Below are positions 1 to 9,630 of a stretch of DNA of 64,000 nt, one piece after another. The notes under the pieces are model-generated. The model was not told the origin of the DNA. It saw nothing but the letters and a program-made list of their open reading frames with translations, and ran no database searches. The DNA lies in the NCBI GenBank assembly GCA_963718565.1, contig OY970364.1, forward strand, positions 256,001 to 320,000, in the 5' to 3' direction. Source of the stretch: an uncultured Verrucomicrobiae bacterium (GTDB lineage Bacteria > Chlamydiota > Chlamydiia > Chlamydiales > Rhabdochlamydiaceae). The position numbers and the translations under genes are program-made. The number at the start of each line of letters is the position of its first letter. Within the stretch, counting starts at the first letter, position 1.

Positions 1-337
1 GACATATCGGGGTTTATTCACTAGTAACGAATTTTTCATCATTTTCTTGTTTTTTTGTAAATGTGCTCTAGCGAATGATAAATCTGCTCCAATTGTTGTA
101 TCTAAAAAATTGGATAAAAGATCAATAAGAAAGCATACGAGTAAGCGTAGAGGTTGACCTTAAAAAGAGTTGTTTTCATATTTCACACCATGGAACAAAA
201 AAAGGGTCTTCGAAACTTCATCTCCATTTTTATCCCTTTTTGCACTTCTCCTATTTGGACAAAGTGTCAAATTTTCATAAATCATTAAAAATTAAATAGA
301 TAAAACATTTCTCCAATCAATCTCTAATCTCGTCTAG

Positions 338-393
338 CTGTTCACTATTTTTGTCTGTTCAATATATATTGAACAGCGTATTATAATGAACAG
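338..393. promoter_or_regulatory. Symmetric operator array upstream of the AbiEi-like gene
   Basis: Perfect 22-bp palindrome CTGTTCAATATATATTGAACAG (355-376), plus extra CTGTTCA half-sites at 338-344 and 387-393 (reverse). Overlaps TATAAT at 382-387. Confidence 0.65.
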
Positions 394-406
394 AAGGAGA
401 TCGCAA

Positions 407-1138
407 ATGAAAGGTCGTTTTCTAGTGAGTTCTAATGAAGATCCGGCAGAAGGGAATGTCTATGCAGACAAGTCTTCCCTTGTTCTTGATTGGCTTCTCC
501 GAGAAGGACTTTCCAAAGAAAGCTTCTCATTGAGAGAAGTTGTCAAAGAAGTAGGGGTAAGCCTTGGTCTGGTTCAACGTGTTTTCAATATTCTGGTACT
601 GAAAGGACTTCTTCAAGTTGAAGGAGTAAGAACCTCCAAGAGGTTTTCCTTTAACAAACCAAAAGAACTTCTAGAGAGCTGGTTAGAGCACTATAGCATC
701 GTGAAAAAATGCAAAATCAGAACGTATCGTTCCGCTCTTTCTGGAAAGTCAGAGTGGTTTAAGGCTTTAAAGAAATCTGGACTCGAGCAAAACGTGATCT
801 TGGCTCTTCATTCAGCAGCCGAAGCGCTTGGGCTTAAGAATACCAATCTAGAAGGATTAGAATTGTATATCCTTGATCCTTCCCTTAGACCGAAATTAGA
901 AAGCGCTTTGCAATTAGAGCCGCAAGAAAGAGGGTACGAGGTTTTATTGATCGAGCCTTACTACAAAATGCTGCTTAAGCAAAATGGGAAGGACGGTAAG
1001 AAAATTGGCATTTGCCCACTTCTCCTTACCTTTTTAGATCTTTATCATTTTCCCCTGCGAGGACAAGAACAAGCAGAATTTATAGCTCAGCGAGCGCCTG
1101 AACTGAAACGCATCTACAAAAACCTTAAGAACAAATGA
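407..1138 (+). CDS. AbiEi-like type IV TA antitoxin / wHTH transcriptional regulator
   Basis: N-terminal HTH (SLREVVKEVGVSLGLVQRV) and C-terminal DLYHFPLRGQEQAE typical of AbiEi_2-like proteins. RBS AAGGAG precedes ATG 407; overlaps the nucleotidyltransferase gene by ATGA. Confidence 0.7.
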   Translation: MKGRFLVSSNEDPAEGNVYADKSSLVLDWLLREGLSKESFSLREVVKEVGVSLGLVQRVFNILVLKGLLQVEGVRTSKRFSFNKPKELLESWLEHYSIVKKCKIRTYRSALSGKSEWFKALKKSGLEQNVILALHSAAEALGLKNTNLEGLELYILDPSLRPKLESALQLEPQERGYEVLLIEPYYKMLLKQNGKDGKKIGICPLLLTFLDLYHFPLRGQEQAEFIAQRAPELKRIYKNLKNK

Positions 1139-1484
1139 AACAGATTCAAGAAGACAAGATCATTTCAGAATTTTTAAAATCACTGGGACCATGGCGAGAG
1201 TTCGTTGTTATCGGGGGCGGTTTTGCTCTCTTCATTTACAAGCTTTATCTTGCTGATCCCAAGCTCGAGAATCTTCCTGTTGGAACGCGTGATATCGATT
1301 CGTTGATTCCCAGAAGGGTTCCTGAGATCTCTAAAAAGAACATCGCCAAATATCTCAATGAAGCAGGCTTTACTCACGTCTTCAAAGATGTCGATATTCC
1401 TGCAACCGAAAGCTTTGTGAAAGAGATCGATGGGGTAGAAGTAGAGATCGAATTTTTAACGGACTCGGCTACCCGAGATGATAA

Positions 1485-3551
1485 CCCAAGTTCGCGGCTT
1501 TCCCAGAGGAGCTATGCAAATTCGTCACTACATCTTGAATTAAACGAGTGTTTTATGACCTCTGAGAATTGAAGACGATAATCCCAGCGCCCTGTAAATC
1601 TCTATTTGCTCGCCTTCTGCCTTTGTAGTGCTGCGGTGGTAGAGCACCCTGCCTTCTGTTGTCTTGGCCCGCACAGTTACTCGGACTCGAGTAATCATGA
1701 TATTACGTATTGTCTGCCACAAATAGTTTATCCCTTTTCGAATTAATTGGTGCCTGCAGTGTTGGATTAGATGGTAGGCAAGTATGGTGATCCATAAATG
1801 CCCGTCCACTCGATGTTCCTTCTGGTGATAGACTGGACGCAATCCTAATGAGGATTTCATAAATCGAAACGCATCCTCAACGCTTCTGAGAACATTATAC
1901 AATTGCCATAACTCTTTTGCTTCCAAATCGGTTCGATTTGTTCTCAGAAAATAGGAGCCAGTGAGCTTTTCTTGCATTTTTTCTTCGATCACCTTCCATT
2001 CCACAGCAATTGTGGTGAGCCCATCTTCTGAAGGAATTGCATTGACTTCATAGCATCCTGAAATTCTCTTATGCTTTTCCTTGAGCCGACCTACCCGTTC
2101 AAGCACTTTGTTATGCTTCTTGCGCCCTTTAGGTTTGGAAAGACCATTCGCAAGTTTTTGTAGATCATCTTCAAATCGTTTTCTAAATTTTTTCTTCATC
2201 CCTGAGGCGACCGCTGCTTTTGCTTCAGATTCGCAATAGAGCCAATTTTCCTCATTACCATCCTGACTGATCAAGGCAGCTTTTACTAGGTCATGCTGAT
2301 CACCTACTGAGACTAATTGTCCTTCAAATTCAACAACGGGAGGATCTTGTCTTGCTGAGACAACATACGTATATCTATTCTTGCGTAACCAGGTCAGATT
2401 CTCTTCGGTAGCAATCCCTGCATCCAATACAATAGTTGGCTTGATTAGAGACGAGTGAATACTTAGGCTCGCGATCATTGTTTGTAGGGTTTGGGGCTCT
2501 GAAGCATTTCCTGCAAGTAATGAGGTTTTGATGAGAAATCCGTGCTCATTCATGACTAGCCCTATAGTAATGAGAGGGCAATCATTTCGTTTTTCTTTCG
2601 AAAGACCATAGGCAGCTTTTGGATTTGCCTCAGCCCGCCCTTCTGTATACGTATTGGTTAAATCGTAGAGAGCTATTGTACTTTTGTATCCATGAAATTG
2701 CTGTTCGATGGTTTCTAAAGCTGTTTCCAACCCGTCTTTATGAGACAGCAACGTATCGCTGATTTTATAGAGCTTGTGCAAAGTAGTTTTTGTAAAGTCG
2801 AAATCAAGTAATTCGCCAAGACCACTGCTAGTGCATAGCCACCGATAAGCTTCCCTTTCGCTGCTTGGGTGTACAGCCCTGGCAACGATCGATCCCAAGG
2901 CAATTGCGGCATCTGTTTTTGAAAGGCCTAGTTTTTGCAGCTGTTCCGGCAGTTTGAGTTGATTTCCCATCTGAAGTAAGAGATGTTCCGCACCAACAGA
3001 CCGTGGTTCAGTCTGTTCAATTGAATGAACGTCGATATTGACAAATTCAGGTAGTAGATCTTGTTTTAGTTGTTCCGCGTTGTCTCCTGGGTCGGACAAA
3101 CGACGCACAATCTGCGAGGTGTAAGATTGGGCTAGCTTTTGAATCTCTTCTGGATAAGCGAATAACGATTGCGCACTTGTAAGAATATCTTCAATGCATT
3201 GAGCGAGAAGTGCATGCTGTTCTTCTGGGAGGTTGATTTCGGCTCCCATGTATAGAAGCGCGCGTTGGCGCGGGCCTCTATCAGTCCTCACGGATTCAAC
3301 CAAGTGAAAAGCAGAGTAGGTTTTTCCGCTCTTACGGTCTGTCTTGAGGGTTTTCCTTATATACATGCCCTCAGATCTTACCGATGGATCGAATTTATTT
3401 AAACATGAAATAATTATTTTACAAATTTTCAGTCACTACAAATTCGCAAAAACAGCAAAGCACTAAAAATAAGGGACTTACGAAAGCAAAGGTTGATTTT
3501 AATGTTGTTGATTATGAGGGACTTAGGTCAGCTCTCTCGGGCGAACTTGGG
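1485..3551 (-). mobile_element. IS1634-family insertion sequence
   Basis: 11-bp terminal inverted repeats CCCAAGTTCGC / GCGAACTTGGG with flanking duplication ATAA (1481-1484, 3552-3555). Confidence 0.88.
1540..3366 (-). CDS. IS1634-family DDE transposase
   Basis: LVESVR..GPRQR N-terminus, LYDLTNTY, GLSKEKRND, VLDAGI and VEDAFRFMKSSLGLRPVYH motifs. Confidence 0.9.
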   Translation of the reverse strand: MYIRKTLKTDRKSGKTYSAFHLVESVRTDRGPRQRALLYMGAEINLPEEQHALLAQCIEDILTSAQSLFAYPEEIQKLAQSYTSQIVRRLSDPGDNAEQLKQDLLPEFVNIDVHSIEQTEPRSVGAEHLLLQMGNQLKLPEQLQKLGLSKTDAAIALGSIVARAVHPSSEREAYRWLCTSSGLGELLDFDFTKTTLHKLYKISDTLLSHKDGLETALETIEQQFHGYKSTIALYDLTNTYTEGRAEANPKAAYGLSKEKRNDCPLITIGLVMNEHGFLIKTSLLAGNASEPQTLQTMIASLSIHSSLIKPTIVLDAGIATEENLTWLRKNRYTYVVSARQDPPVVEFEGQLVSVGDQHDLVKAALISQDGNEENWLYCESEAKAAVASGMKKKFRKRFEDDLQKLANGLSKPKGRKKHNKVLERVGRLKEKHKRISGCYEVNAIPSEDGLTTIAVEWKVIEEKMQEKLTGSYFLRTNRTDLEAKELWQLYNVLRSVEDAFRFMKSSLGLRPVYHQKEHRVDGHLWITILAYHLIQHCRHQLIRKGINYLWQTIRNIMITRVRVTVRAKTTEGRVLYHRSTTKAEGEQIEIYRALGLSSSILRGHKTLV

Positions 3552-4028
3552 ATAAGAATAAAAACGTCGTGATCGCAGGCATTGTTGCTCAGCCATTGAG
3601 CTACTTGACGCTGAGCCTGCAAACGACAATGGAATTTCGAACCTATTCAGGAGAAGCGGGAAAGGTCGTCTCACCTGGCGCATGGATTTTCCATAAAGGG
3701 CTTACTTTTACTAGGCGAAAGAGTGCATCAAAGATGCTCAAGGATCTCTATGGGATCTGGTACGTAGCCACGCAGCTGGCAGACTTTTCCGATCAAGCGC
3801 TTGCTGAATTTGCTTTCCTCTCCCAGCAGCACCCCAAATGGCTGCAGACATATCAGAAGCAATTATCCAACTGGATCAATCAGGCGTCTCCAAATGATTG
3901 GTCTAAGTTAGAGTCTCAAGATCCGTTTGGAAAGCTGAAAAAACTAGGTTTCGAACGCATTATAAAGAAGTTGCTAGTCCTTTAGCTATCCATGGAGGCC
4001 AAAGGGCTCTTCCCAATTAGTTGATGAG

Positions 4029-4050
4029 AAAAATCCAGCAGGTTGCTGGA
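4029..4050 (-). terminator. Probable intrinsic terminator of the CBASS operon
   Basis: Stem TCCAGCA/TGCTGGA followed by a T-run on the minus strand, just past the CD-NTase stop. Confidence 0.5.
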
Positions 4051-4065
4051 CTCTTGAGATTCACT

Positions 4066-4956
4066 TTAGCACTCATTCCAAAATCTGATAGCGGCACTTA
4101 AAAATGCTTTACACTTTATTTCTTCCCATATGATAGGAGGTGAATTGGGAAAGAGGTAGTATTGTTCATTTGCACATACAAATTCATTTCTGTTTGTCGA
4201 TTGAAGCCAATTTAAGATGTTCATTATGCAGTCCTGGTCTTTGCCTTTGAAGTATTCAGGTGGTACGTTGTAGAGCATGCCTTCGAGAAAATATGAAGTG
4301 GCTATGTCTTTTTCGAGCATTTGAGTATTGATCAATTTCTTGTGGAGGTTCTTAAAGATCCTCACAGTTGGTTTAAATCGGCCGTCGGTCATTTGATTTT
4401 TTTTTGTGAGATTGTTCGAATGGTGCTTTGGGTAATTTACGATCAATTGGTCATCTTTATCATAGAAACAGATCCCCTCCAGATAGGACTGGTCAGTGAT
4501 ATTGCGAAATCTATGGTAGTGTCGAGATTGAAACGCCGCAATGACATCCACTTTTCTGAGGTTACCATTGGGCATGATGGTAATTGCTTTATCGCCTTTC
4601 AGTAGGTATTCTCCGTATTTTTTGATAAGAATTCCCAGCACTATATTTTTAAAGTCGACATAGGTATAGGGCACCGACCTAAACCAGCCATCATAATTAG
4701 TTTTTTCATATTCAGACAATTGATCAAGATTGGGGTAAAAGCTATCGTCAAGTTTGATTATGATGTCTACATCGCTTTCAGCATAGATATTGGTATCGTT
4801 ACCATAAGAACCTTGAAGGAACACTTCAAAGTGTTTGGTGCCGTAAAAGGGGAGTTCGGTTTCAAGTATGCTTTTGATTGTTTTATATGTTGCACTAGAT
4901 TGAGCAATCGATCCTTGGTGAGACCAACAATTAAGCTGTTCTTCAGAAATAGCCAT
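4066..4956 (-). CDS. cGAS/DncV-like nucleotidyltransferase (CD-NTase, CdnE-like), CBASS cyclase
   Basis: QGSYGNDTNIYAESDVDII (hG[S]x..DxD), VDVI, IVNYPKHH, FKPTVRIFKN and SYFLEGMLYNVP motifs; directly downstream of a patatin gene. Confidence 0.85.
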   Translation of the reverse strand: MAISEEQLNCWSHQGSIAQSSATYKTIKSILETELPFYGTKHFEVFLQGSYGNDTNIYAESDVDIIIKLDDSFYPNLDQLSEYEKTNYDGWFRSVPYTYVDFKNIVLGILIKKYGEYLLKGDKAITIMPNGNLRKVDVIAAFQSRHYHRFRNITDQSYLEGICFYDKDDQLIVNYPKHHSNNLTKKNQMTDGRFKPTVRIFKNLHKKLINTQMLEKDIATSYFLEGMLYNVPPEYFKGKDQDCIMNILNWLQSTNRNEFVCANEQYYLFPNSPPIIWEEIKCKAFLSAAIRFWNEC

Positions 4957-4969
4957 TGTTCCCGCCAAA

Positions 4970-5941
4970 TCAGATTAGAAAATTTTTGAGTTCATTTTCA
5001 CGCATTGCAAATGACTCCCTTCCACGCTGGTGCAGAAGGTTGAGCTTTGTAAGGTCGTGTTCCATTAAGTCTGTTGCCATTTCTGGCTTCTCGAACGTAT
5101 CGCTAATACGAATTGCCTTAACGTCTTTAAATAGAATGTGTCGAAGCTGCTCCATTGACTGGGTGTTAATTTCAAGTGTCTTTTGCAAAAGTTGGACAGT
5201 CCAATGCTTTTTGGCTAACCTTTTCCACCAGGTATATTTTGGTTCAGGATATACACCAACGCCAACGCTCACAATTCTCAGGTCTTCAAGTCTTTTTTGC
5301 ATAGGCCCTGTTGCGTCTGCAATAGCATAAAGAGTCGGATTGTTTGCACAATAACCGCCATCCACCAATTCCACCTTGTCCCCACCAGAAGTTGTTATAG
5401 TCTTGCGATCAAAAAATGGATATGCAGAGCAAGATGCTTGAACCGCTTCTGCGATGCTTACCCCAAAACCAGGAACAAATGTACCTATTCTTCCATGGGC
5501 TTGAGATGCATTCCCTTTAAAAATCATGGGCTTTTCTATAATCCACTTGGTCGCTACGATGCCAATTCCAGTTTTTACGTCGGCAAACGTTTTATCAGCG
5601 AATACCTCTTTAGCAAGCTTATTAAGTGCCTGAGATTTGCCGCGTCGACCGCGTGCCTGCATGATATCGGGCACATATGTCTGATAGAGCTTATGAATTT
5701 CATCGATTGTGTAGCCTAGCGCAATAAGAGCCGCGATGATTCCACCAGTGCTCGTTCCAAAAATGAGATCAAATTTAGTGTAGAGAGGGGCACTTAATAA
5801 TCCTTCGATCTCTCTTAAAACCCCAAGTGAATAGAAACCCTTGGCGCCTCCTCCATCTAACGTAAGAATACGGCAAAGTTTGTCTTTTGAATCGTCAGTC
5901 GTCAATGAGCTGTTTTTAGGGTTGGTAAAATCTTCAGTCAT
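4970..5941 (-). CDS. Patatin-like phospholipase, CBASS effector (CapV/CapE-like)
   Basis: DGGGAKG, GTSTG (catalytic Ser) and DGG (catalytic Asp) motifs; co-oriented with the CD-NTase, 13-bp gap. Confidence 0.85.
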   Translation of the reverse strand: MTEDFTNPKNSSLTTDDSKDKLCRILTLDGGGAKGFYSLGVLREIEGLLSAPLYTKFDLIFGTSTGGIIAALIALGYTIDEIHKLYQTYVPDIMQARGRRGKSQALNKLAKEVFADKTFADVKTGIGIVATKWIIEKPMIFKGNASQAHGRIGTFVPGFGVSIAEAVQASCSAYPFFDRKTITTSGGDKVELVDGGYCANNPTLYAIADATGPMQKRLEDLRIVSVGVGVYPEPKYTWWKRLAKKHWTVQLLQKTLEINTQSMEQLRHILFKDVKAIRISDTFEKPEMATDLMEHDLTKLNLLHQRGRESFAMRENELKNFLI

Positions 5942-6067
5942 AAATGGGATATAAAACCTTTGGCAAAAGTTGATACATTTTCCACTGACGCCATTTTTCG
6001 TTCCAACAGTTTGCAATAGAATTCGATCGTTTACAACTAATTTCGTGCTATAACAATAGGAGCAAAT

Positions 6068-7204
6068 ATGGAACGGAAAGAAAGTCTAGAGAAGGCAGAA
6101 AATGATCTCAGAGGAATTATAGTGAGGACCCATAGGCATTGCCAAACCTATCGAGTGCGTATTCGGATGAAGGGTGGTCAGTGCTTTGACAGGTCATTTA
6201 GATCGAAGACGCTCGCTAAAAAATGGAAGAGGGATATGGAGTCGGCAATCGAGCATGATCGATATGAATTCACGAATCCTGCAACCAAACACATCCTTGC
6301 GGATCTGATCGACCTCTACATCGAGAGAGTTCTGCCTGGAAAGCCACGGAATGCCAAGAATGTTCTTCAGCATCTGACTTGGTGGAAGGAGGAACTTGGG
6401 CATTTGCTGTTAGCTCAAGTGAGGCCTAGCATAATCGCAGAAAAAAGGGATGAGCTACTTGCGGGCTTGTTGAGAGGTGGAAAGCTTCGATCGCCTACGA
6501 CAGTTGTTCGCTATTTGAGCAGTTTGTCTCATGTTTTTTCAAAAGCGGTCAAGGAATGGGAGTGGATGAGAGAGAACCCGGTTTTTAAGATTGAAAAGCC
6601 CAAGCAGGCGCAAGGCAGAAAGCGGGTATTAACTGACGAAGAGCAGCAAAGGCTTTTACAAGCATGCCGGGAGAGCGGATCGAAGGACTTGTTCTTGATC
6701 GTTGCTCTTGCTCTGGGAACGGGCATGCGCAAAGGAGAAATCATGGGACTGACATGGAGAAATATTCAGTTGGGAGAGCCCACAGGAACAATTCTGCTTG
6801 AGAGGACGAAGAATGGTCGTTCACGATCTGTTTTGATTACCGGCCTATTGCTAGGGCTTTTGCAAGAACGACACAAACAGCAGCGCGCTGATAGCTTGGT
6901 CTTCCCATCACCCAATTATCCCAACCAGTCTGTTGATATCCGATCTGCTTGGGAAAAAGCTTTGCAAAAAGCTGGAATAGAAGGATTTGTTTTCCATGGA
7001 TTGCGTCATCAGGCTGCTTCTCAAGCAGCAACGATTGAAAACAGCCCCTTGGTGATCGGAGAGTTGCTCGGCCACCAGACCCTTCAGATGACCAGGCATT
7101 ACGTCCATTTGCCAAGCGCTCATATGCACACGATGGTCGAAGCACTTCAATCAAAAATCTTTCAAAACTATCAGGAGGGCAGCCATGCACAACTTAGAAA
7201 ATAA
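6068..7204 (+). CDS. Tyrosine recombinase/integrase
   Basis: Catalytic R (GMRKGE), K (TKNG), HxxR (FHGLRH), LGH and Y (TRHY) are all present. Confidence 0.92.
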   Translation: MERKESLEKAENDLRGIIVRTHRHCQTYRVRIRMKGGQCFDRSFRSKTLAKKWKRDMESAIEHDRYEFTNPATKHILADLIDLYIERVLPGKPRNAKNVLQHLTWWKEELGHLLLAQVRPSIIAEKRDELLAGLLRGGKLRSPTTVVRYLSSLSHVFSKAVKEWEWMRENPVFKIEKPKQAQGRKRVLTDEEQQRLLQACRESGSKDLFLIVALALGTGMRKGEIMGLTWRNIQLGEPTGTILLERTKNGRSRSVLITGLLLGLLQERHKQQRADSLVFPSPNYPNQSVDIRSAWEKALQKAGIEGFVFHGLRHQAASQAATIENSPLVIGELLGHQTLQMTRHYVHLPSAHMHTMVEALQSKIFQNYQEGSHAQLRK

Positions 7205-7907
7205 GACTCTTGCGGTATTGTGGAGACCAGAACTGCTTAGCGATGAGGAAATGCACGAATGCTTGAAGGAAACGTGCTGGACTGCCAGAAGAGCCGCTTA
7301 TTATGTCCTGGGCTTGAAAATCCCTGAGCTAAGTAGCCTTGAGGAAGAGAAAAGGCTTTGCCCTGATTTTGAAAAGTACTACGAGCTTTTCAAAAGCTGT
7401 TTTGAAGAGGGGAGAATTGCGGTCCATTCCTTCTGCTCAGAATATGGCAAGAATGTTCGGGCTGCCTTGCCTGTCGATTGGCTGAAGCTGGTCCACAAGG
7501 GGAGGCTAAAAGACGATGCTATCGAAGACAAAGAAGTGAAACGAGAAGGCTTGTATGTCGCTCCTTTGCTTACAGAAGCTTGGCTGCTTTTGCAAGGGAA
7601 GGCGGTCTTCGCCAAAAGGCGACCTGCTCAAGAAAGGGACGATAAGCTTTTCGCTTGGAGTGCTGCTAGAAAGCTGCGCAAGGATTTTCCTCAGTTATCC
7701 AACCGCCAAATGGCGCAGATCATCTATAAGCATTGCTCAAAGGTGCAGAAGTATCCCTTCAAGACCGTTTACGGCTGGGTCATCGATTCAGCCATCCCTA
7801 TAAATGAAGAGCCTGCGCAAAGTAGGCGGGATAGAAACGGTCGTCCTAAAAAAGACAGCTATCAGAAGCTCTCTGTCGATTTCTCCTCCTATTTCAATAA
7901 TTTGTAA
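7185..7907 (+). CDS. Hypothetical protein, possible C-terminal HTH
   Basis: 240-aa ORF overlapping the integrase end; LSNRQMAQII...TVYGWV resembles an HTH. Confidence 0.55.
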   Translation: MHNLENKTLAVLWRPELLSDEEMHECLKETCWTARRAAYYVLGLKIPELSSLEEEKRLCPDFEKYYELFKSCFEEGRIAVHSFCSEYGKNVRAALPVDWLKLVHKGRLKDDAIEDKEVKREGLYVAPLLTEAWLLLQGKAVFAKRRPAQERDDKLFAWSAARKLRKDFPQLSNRQMAQIIYKHCSKVQKYPFKTVYGWVIDSAIPINEEPAQSRRDRNGRPKKDSYQKLSVDFSSYFNNL

Positions 7908-8022
7908 CTCGCTGCTATTCAACGCATTTTACGGTTTTTCCACCGGCGCCATTTTTTCATGGCGATAGGTCGCCGTAAAATGCGGTTATTAAATTCAAAC
8001 TGCAATAGTAGAGGAGTGAGAA

Positions 8023-8316
8023 ATGAAAAACGATAGATCAAAAAATATAGACGAAGTGGCTCCAGAGCCAAAACAGACACGGTTCATCCCTGTGTCGAAA
8101 TGGAATGAGTTTCATGAATGGCCACCAGTCGGTGGAATGCGCCACTTGATCTTCTTTCGAAATGAAAATGGGTTTGCCAAGGTCTTAAAGCGCCCTAATC
8201 GCACCTGGCTCATTGATGAGAAGGCTTTTTTCAAGTGGGTGTCGGAGAAAAAATACAGACCCCGCAAAAAGGAAACCGAAGTCCAGGAAAACGCTAAAAT
8301 CGCAGTACAGCCATGA
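8023..8316 (+). CDS. Small DNA-binding protein, excisionase/AlpA-like
   Basis: WPPVGGMRHLIF..NGF..VLKR..RTWLIDEKAFFKWV resembles island excisionase-type proteins; GAGGAG RBS. Confidence 0.6.
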   Translation: MKNDRSKNIDEVAPEPKQTRFIPVSKWNEFHEWPPVGGMRHLIFFRNENGFAKVLKRPNRTWLIDEKAFFKWVSEKKYRPRKKETEVQENAKIAVQP

Positions 8317-9365
8317 TAACTTCCGAAGGATTCGTAAAACTTTATCGAGAGGGGCTTGCACTTTTAGAACTCAGCCTTCCAGCTTTCGCGTTGTTGACGC
8401 AGATTGCTTTGCGTGCAAACCGGATGGATCCCGCTTATTCAATCTATCAACTCAAGGCTAACGAAGCACTCGTTGGCGATCATAAAAAGATTGGTTTGTC
8501 CAGGCAGCAATATCGTGATGCGGTACTGAGGCTTGAAGCACACGGTCTTGCGACTTTCCGAAAAACCAATCAAGGGACTATTGCAGTTCTCACTAACAAA
8601 GCCATTTTTGACATCAATGCTGAATCGGATGAAGGGCCTATAGCGTACACAGCCTTAGAAAAAGAACCAAATTACAGCCACGCGAAAACCATTCAGCAAC
8701 CACTAGAGAACCAAAAAGAAACCACATGGGAACCATCAAAAGAACCATCGGATTTGTCAATGAAAAATCGAGAAAAGGAACCACCCAAAGAACCAGTTAA
8801 CAACCACCAAAAAACCATAAAAGAACCGGATAGAAACCAATCGAGAACCAATCCAGAACCACTAACAAAGAAAGAAGAAAAAGAAGAAGAAAAAAGAGCT
8901 GCAGCAGCCTATTCGCGCACTTTTTACAAATGCCTGGATGGATTGGATTTGAGCGATCAGGAGAAGAGATCCCTGATGTGCTATAGCGAACATCGTGTGG
9001 CTCATGCTGCGGAATTTGTGAGAAGAAAGCACAATGTCGACAGCCCCATCGGGCTGATGATGTGGGTTTGTCAACAGCCTAGCCTCCCTGAGATTCCCAA
9101 GGAAAATCGAAAAAGTATGACTCCTCAGCAAAAGCTTGCTTGGGAGTACAACCAGTTTCTCAGCAGCAATGGCTATGCTGCTCAAGCAAAGCAGAATGAA
9201 GAAAAGATCCCCAATGACAGAATGGTAATTTTAGAACAGGGACAACTCATGCCAATTACGCTAAACCATCCCCTTCAGATCCTGCAGGAAGATTTTCGAA
9301 AGTCCAAAGAGGAAATTTTGAAAAGCCAGAGGATAGTTCGAGGGCTACAAGGTGACAAATTATAA
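8313..9365 (+). CDS. Putative replication initiator (phage O-like) with an internal low-complexity linker
   Basis: N-terminal GFVKLYR and wHTH-like region, central EP/KEP-rich repeats; coupled to the xis-like gene by ATGA. Confidence 0.55.
   Translation: MITSEGFVKLYREGLALLELSLPAFALLTQIALRANRMDPAYSIYQLKANEALVGDHKKIGLSRQQYRDAVLRLEAHGLATFRKTNQGTIAVLTNKAIFDINAESDEGPIAYTALEKEPNYSHAKTIQQPLENQKETTWEPSKEPSDLSMKNREKEPPKEPVNNHQKTIKEPDRNQSRTNPEPLTKKEEKEEEKRAAAAYSRTFYKCLDGLDLSDQEKRSLMCYSEHRVAHAAEFVRRKHNVDSPIGLMMWVCQQPSLPEIPKENRKSMTPQQKLAWEYNQFLSSNGYAAQAKQNEEKIPNDRMVILEQGQLMPITLNHPLQILQEDFRKSKEEILKSQRIVRGLQGDKL
8661..8862 (+). repeat. Iteron-like (G/A)AACCA short repeats inside the rep-like gene
   Basis: More than a dozen AACC(A) cores, often AAAGAACCA, recurring at roughly 9-12 bp intervals. 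Confidence 0.55.
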
Positions 9366-9630
9366 GGGTCGAACAAGGCACAATGGGGGAGACTTTAGGG
9401 AGGGGTTTTGCGGAGCTAATAAAAAGGAGGATTTTGTTGAATAACCGGGACCTGGTGAAAAGTAGATTTTTTCTTCATCCAGTGTATTTACATGGTAAGT
9501 CCTATTTGTTAATTTTTTCTATGGAAACCGTTCTCTGCTCGATGTTATAATAATTTTCATAAGGCTGTGATTTTTACAGTTTTAAGCAGAGATATTCGCT
9601 CCCTAAAAAACAAGGAAAGGATGCTTCTCT

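Larger units (their letters stand above)
1135..3985 (+). pseudogene. AbiEii-like nucleotidyltransferase toxin, interrupted by IS1634
   Basis: IGGGFAL...TRDIDS nucleotidyltransferase motif and C-terminal KMLKDLY. Joining 1135-1484 to 3556-3985 restores one 259-aa frame (TRDD-KNKNVVIAG). Confidence 0.75.

Noticed and set aside
1..179. Partial minus-strand gene at the window start
   Set aside because: The frame from ATG 179 stops after 25 codons and has no recognisable motif.
3986..9630. attL duplicate of the tRNA 3' end within the island
   Set aside because: No match to the tRNA 3' sequence was found by eye in the intergenic regions checked.
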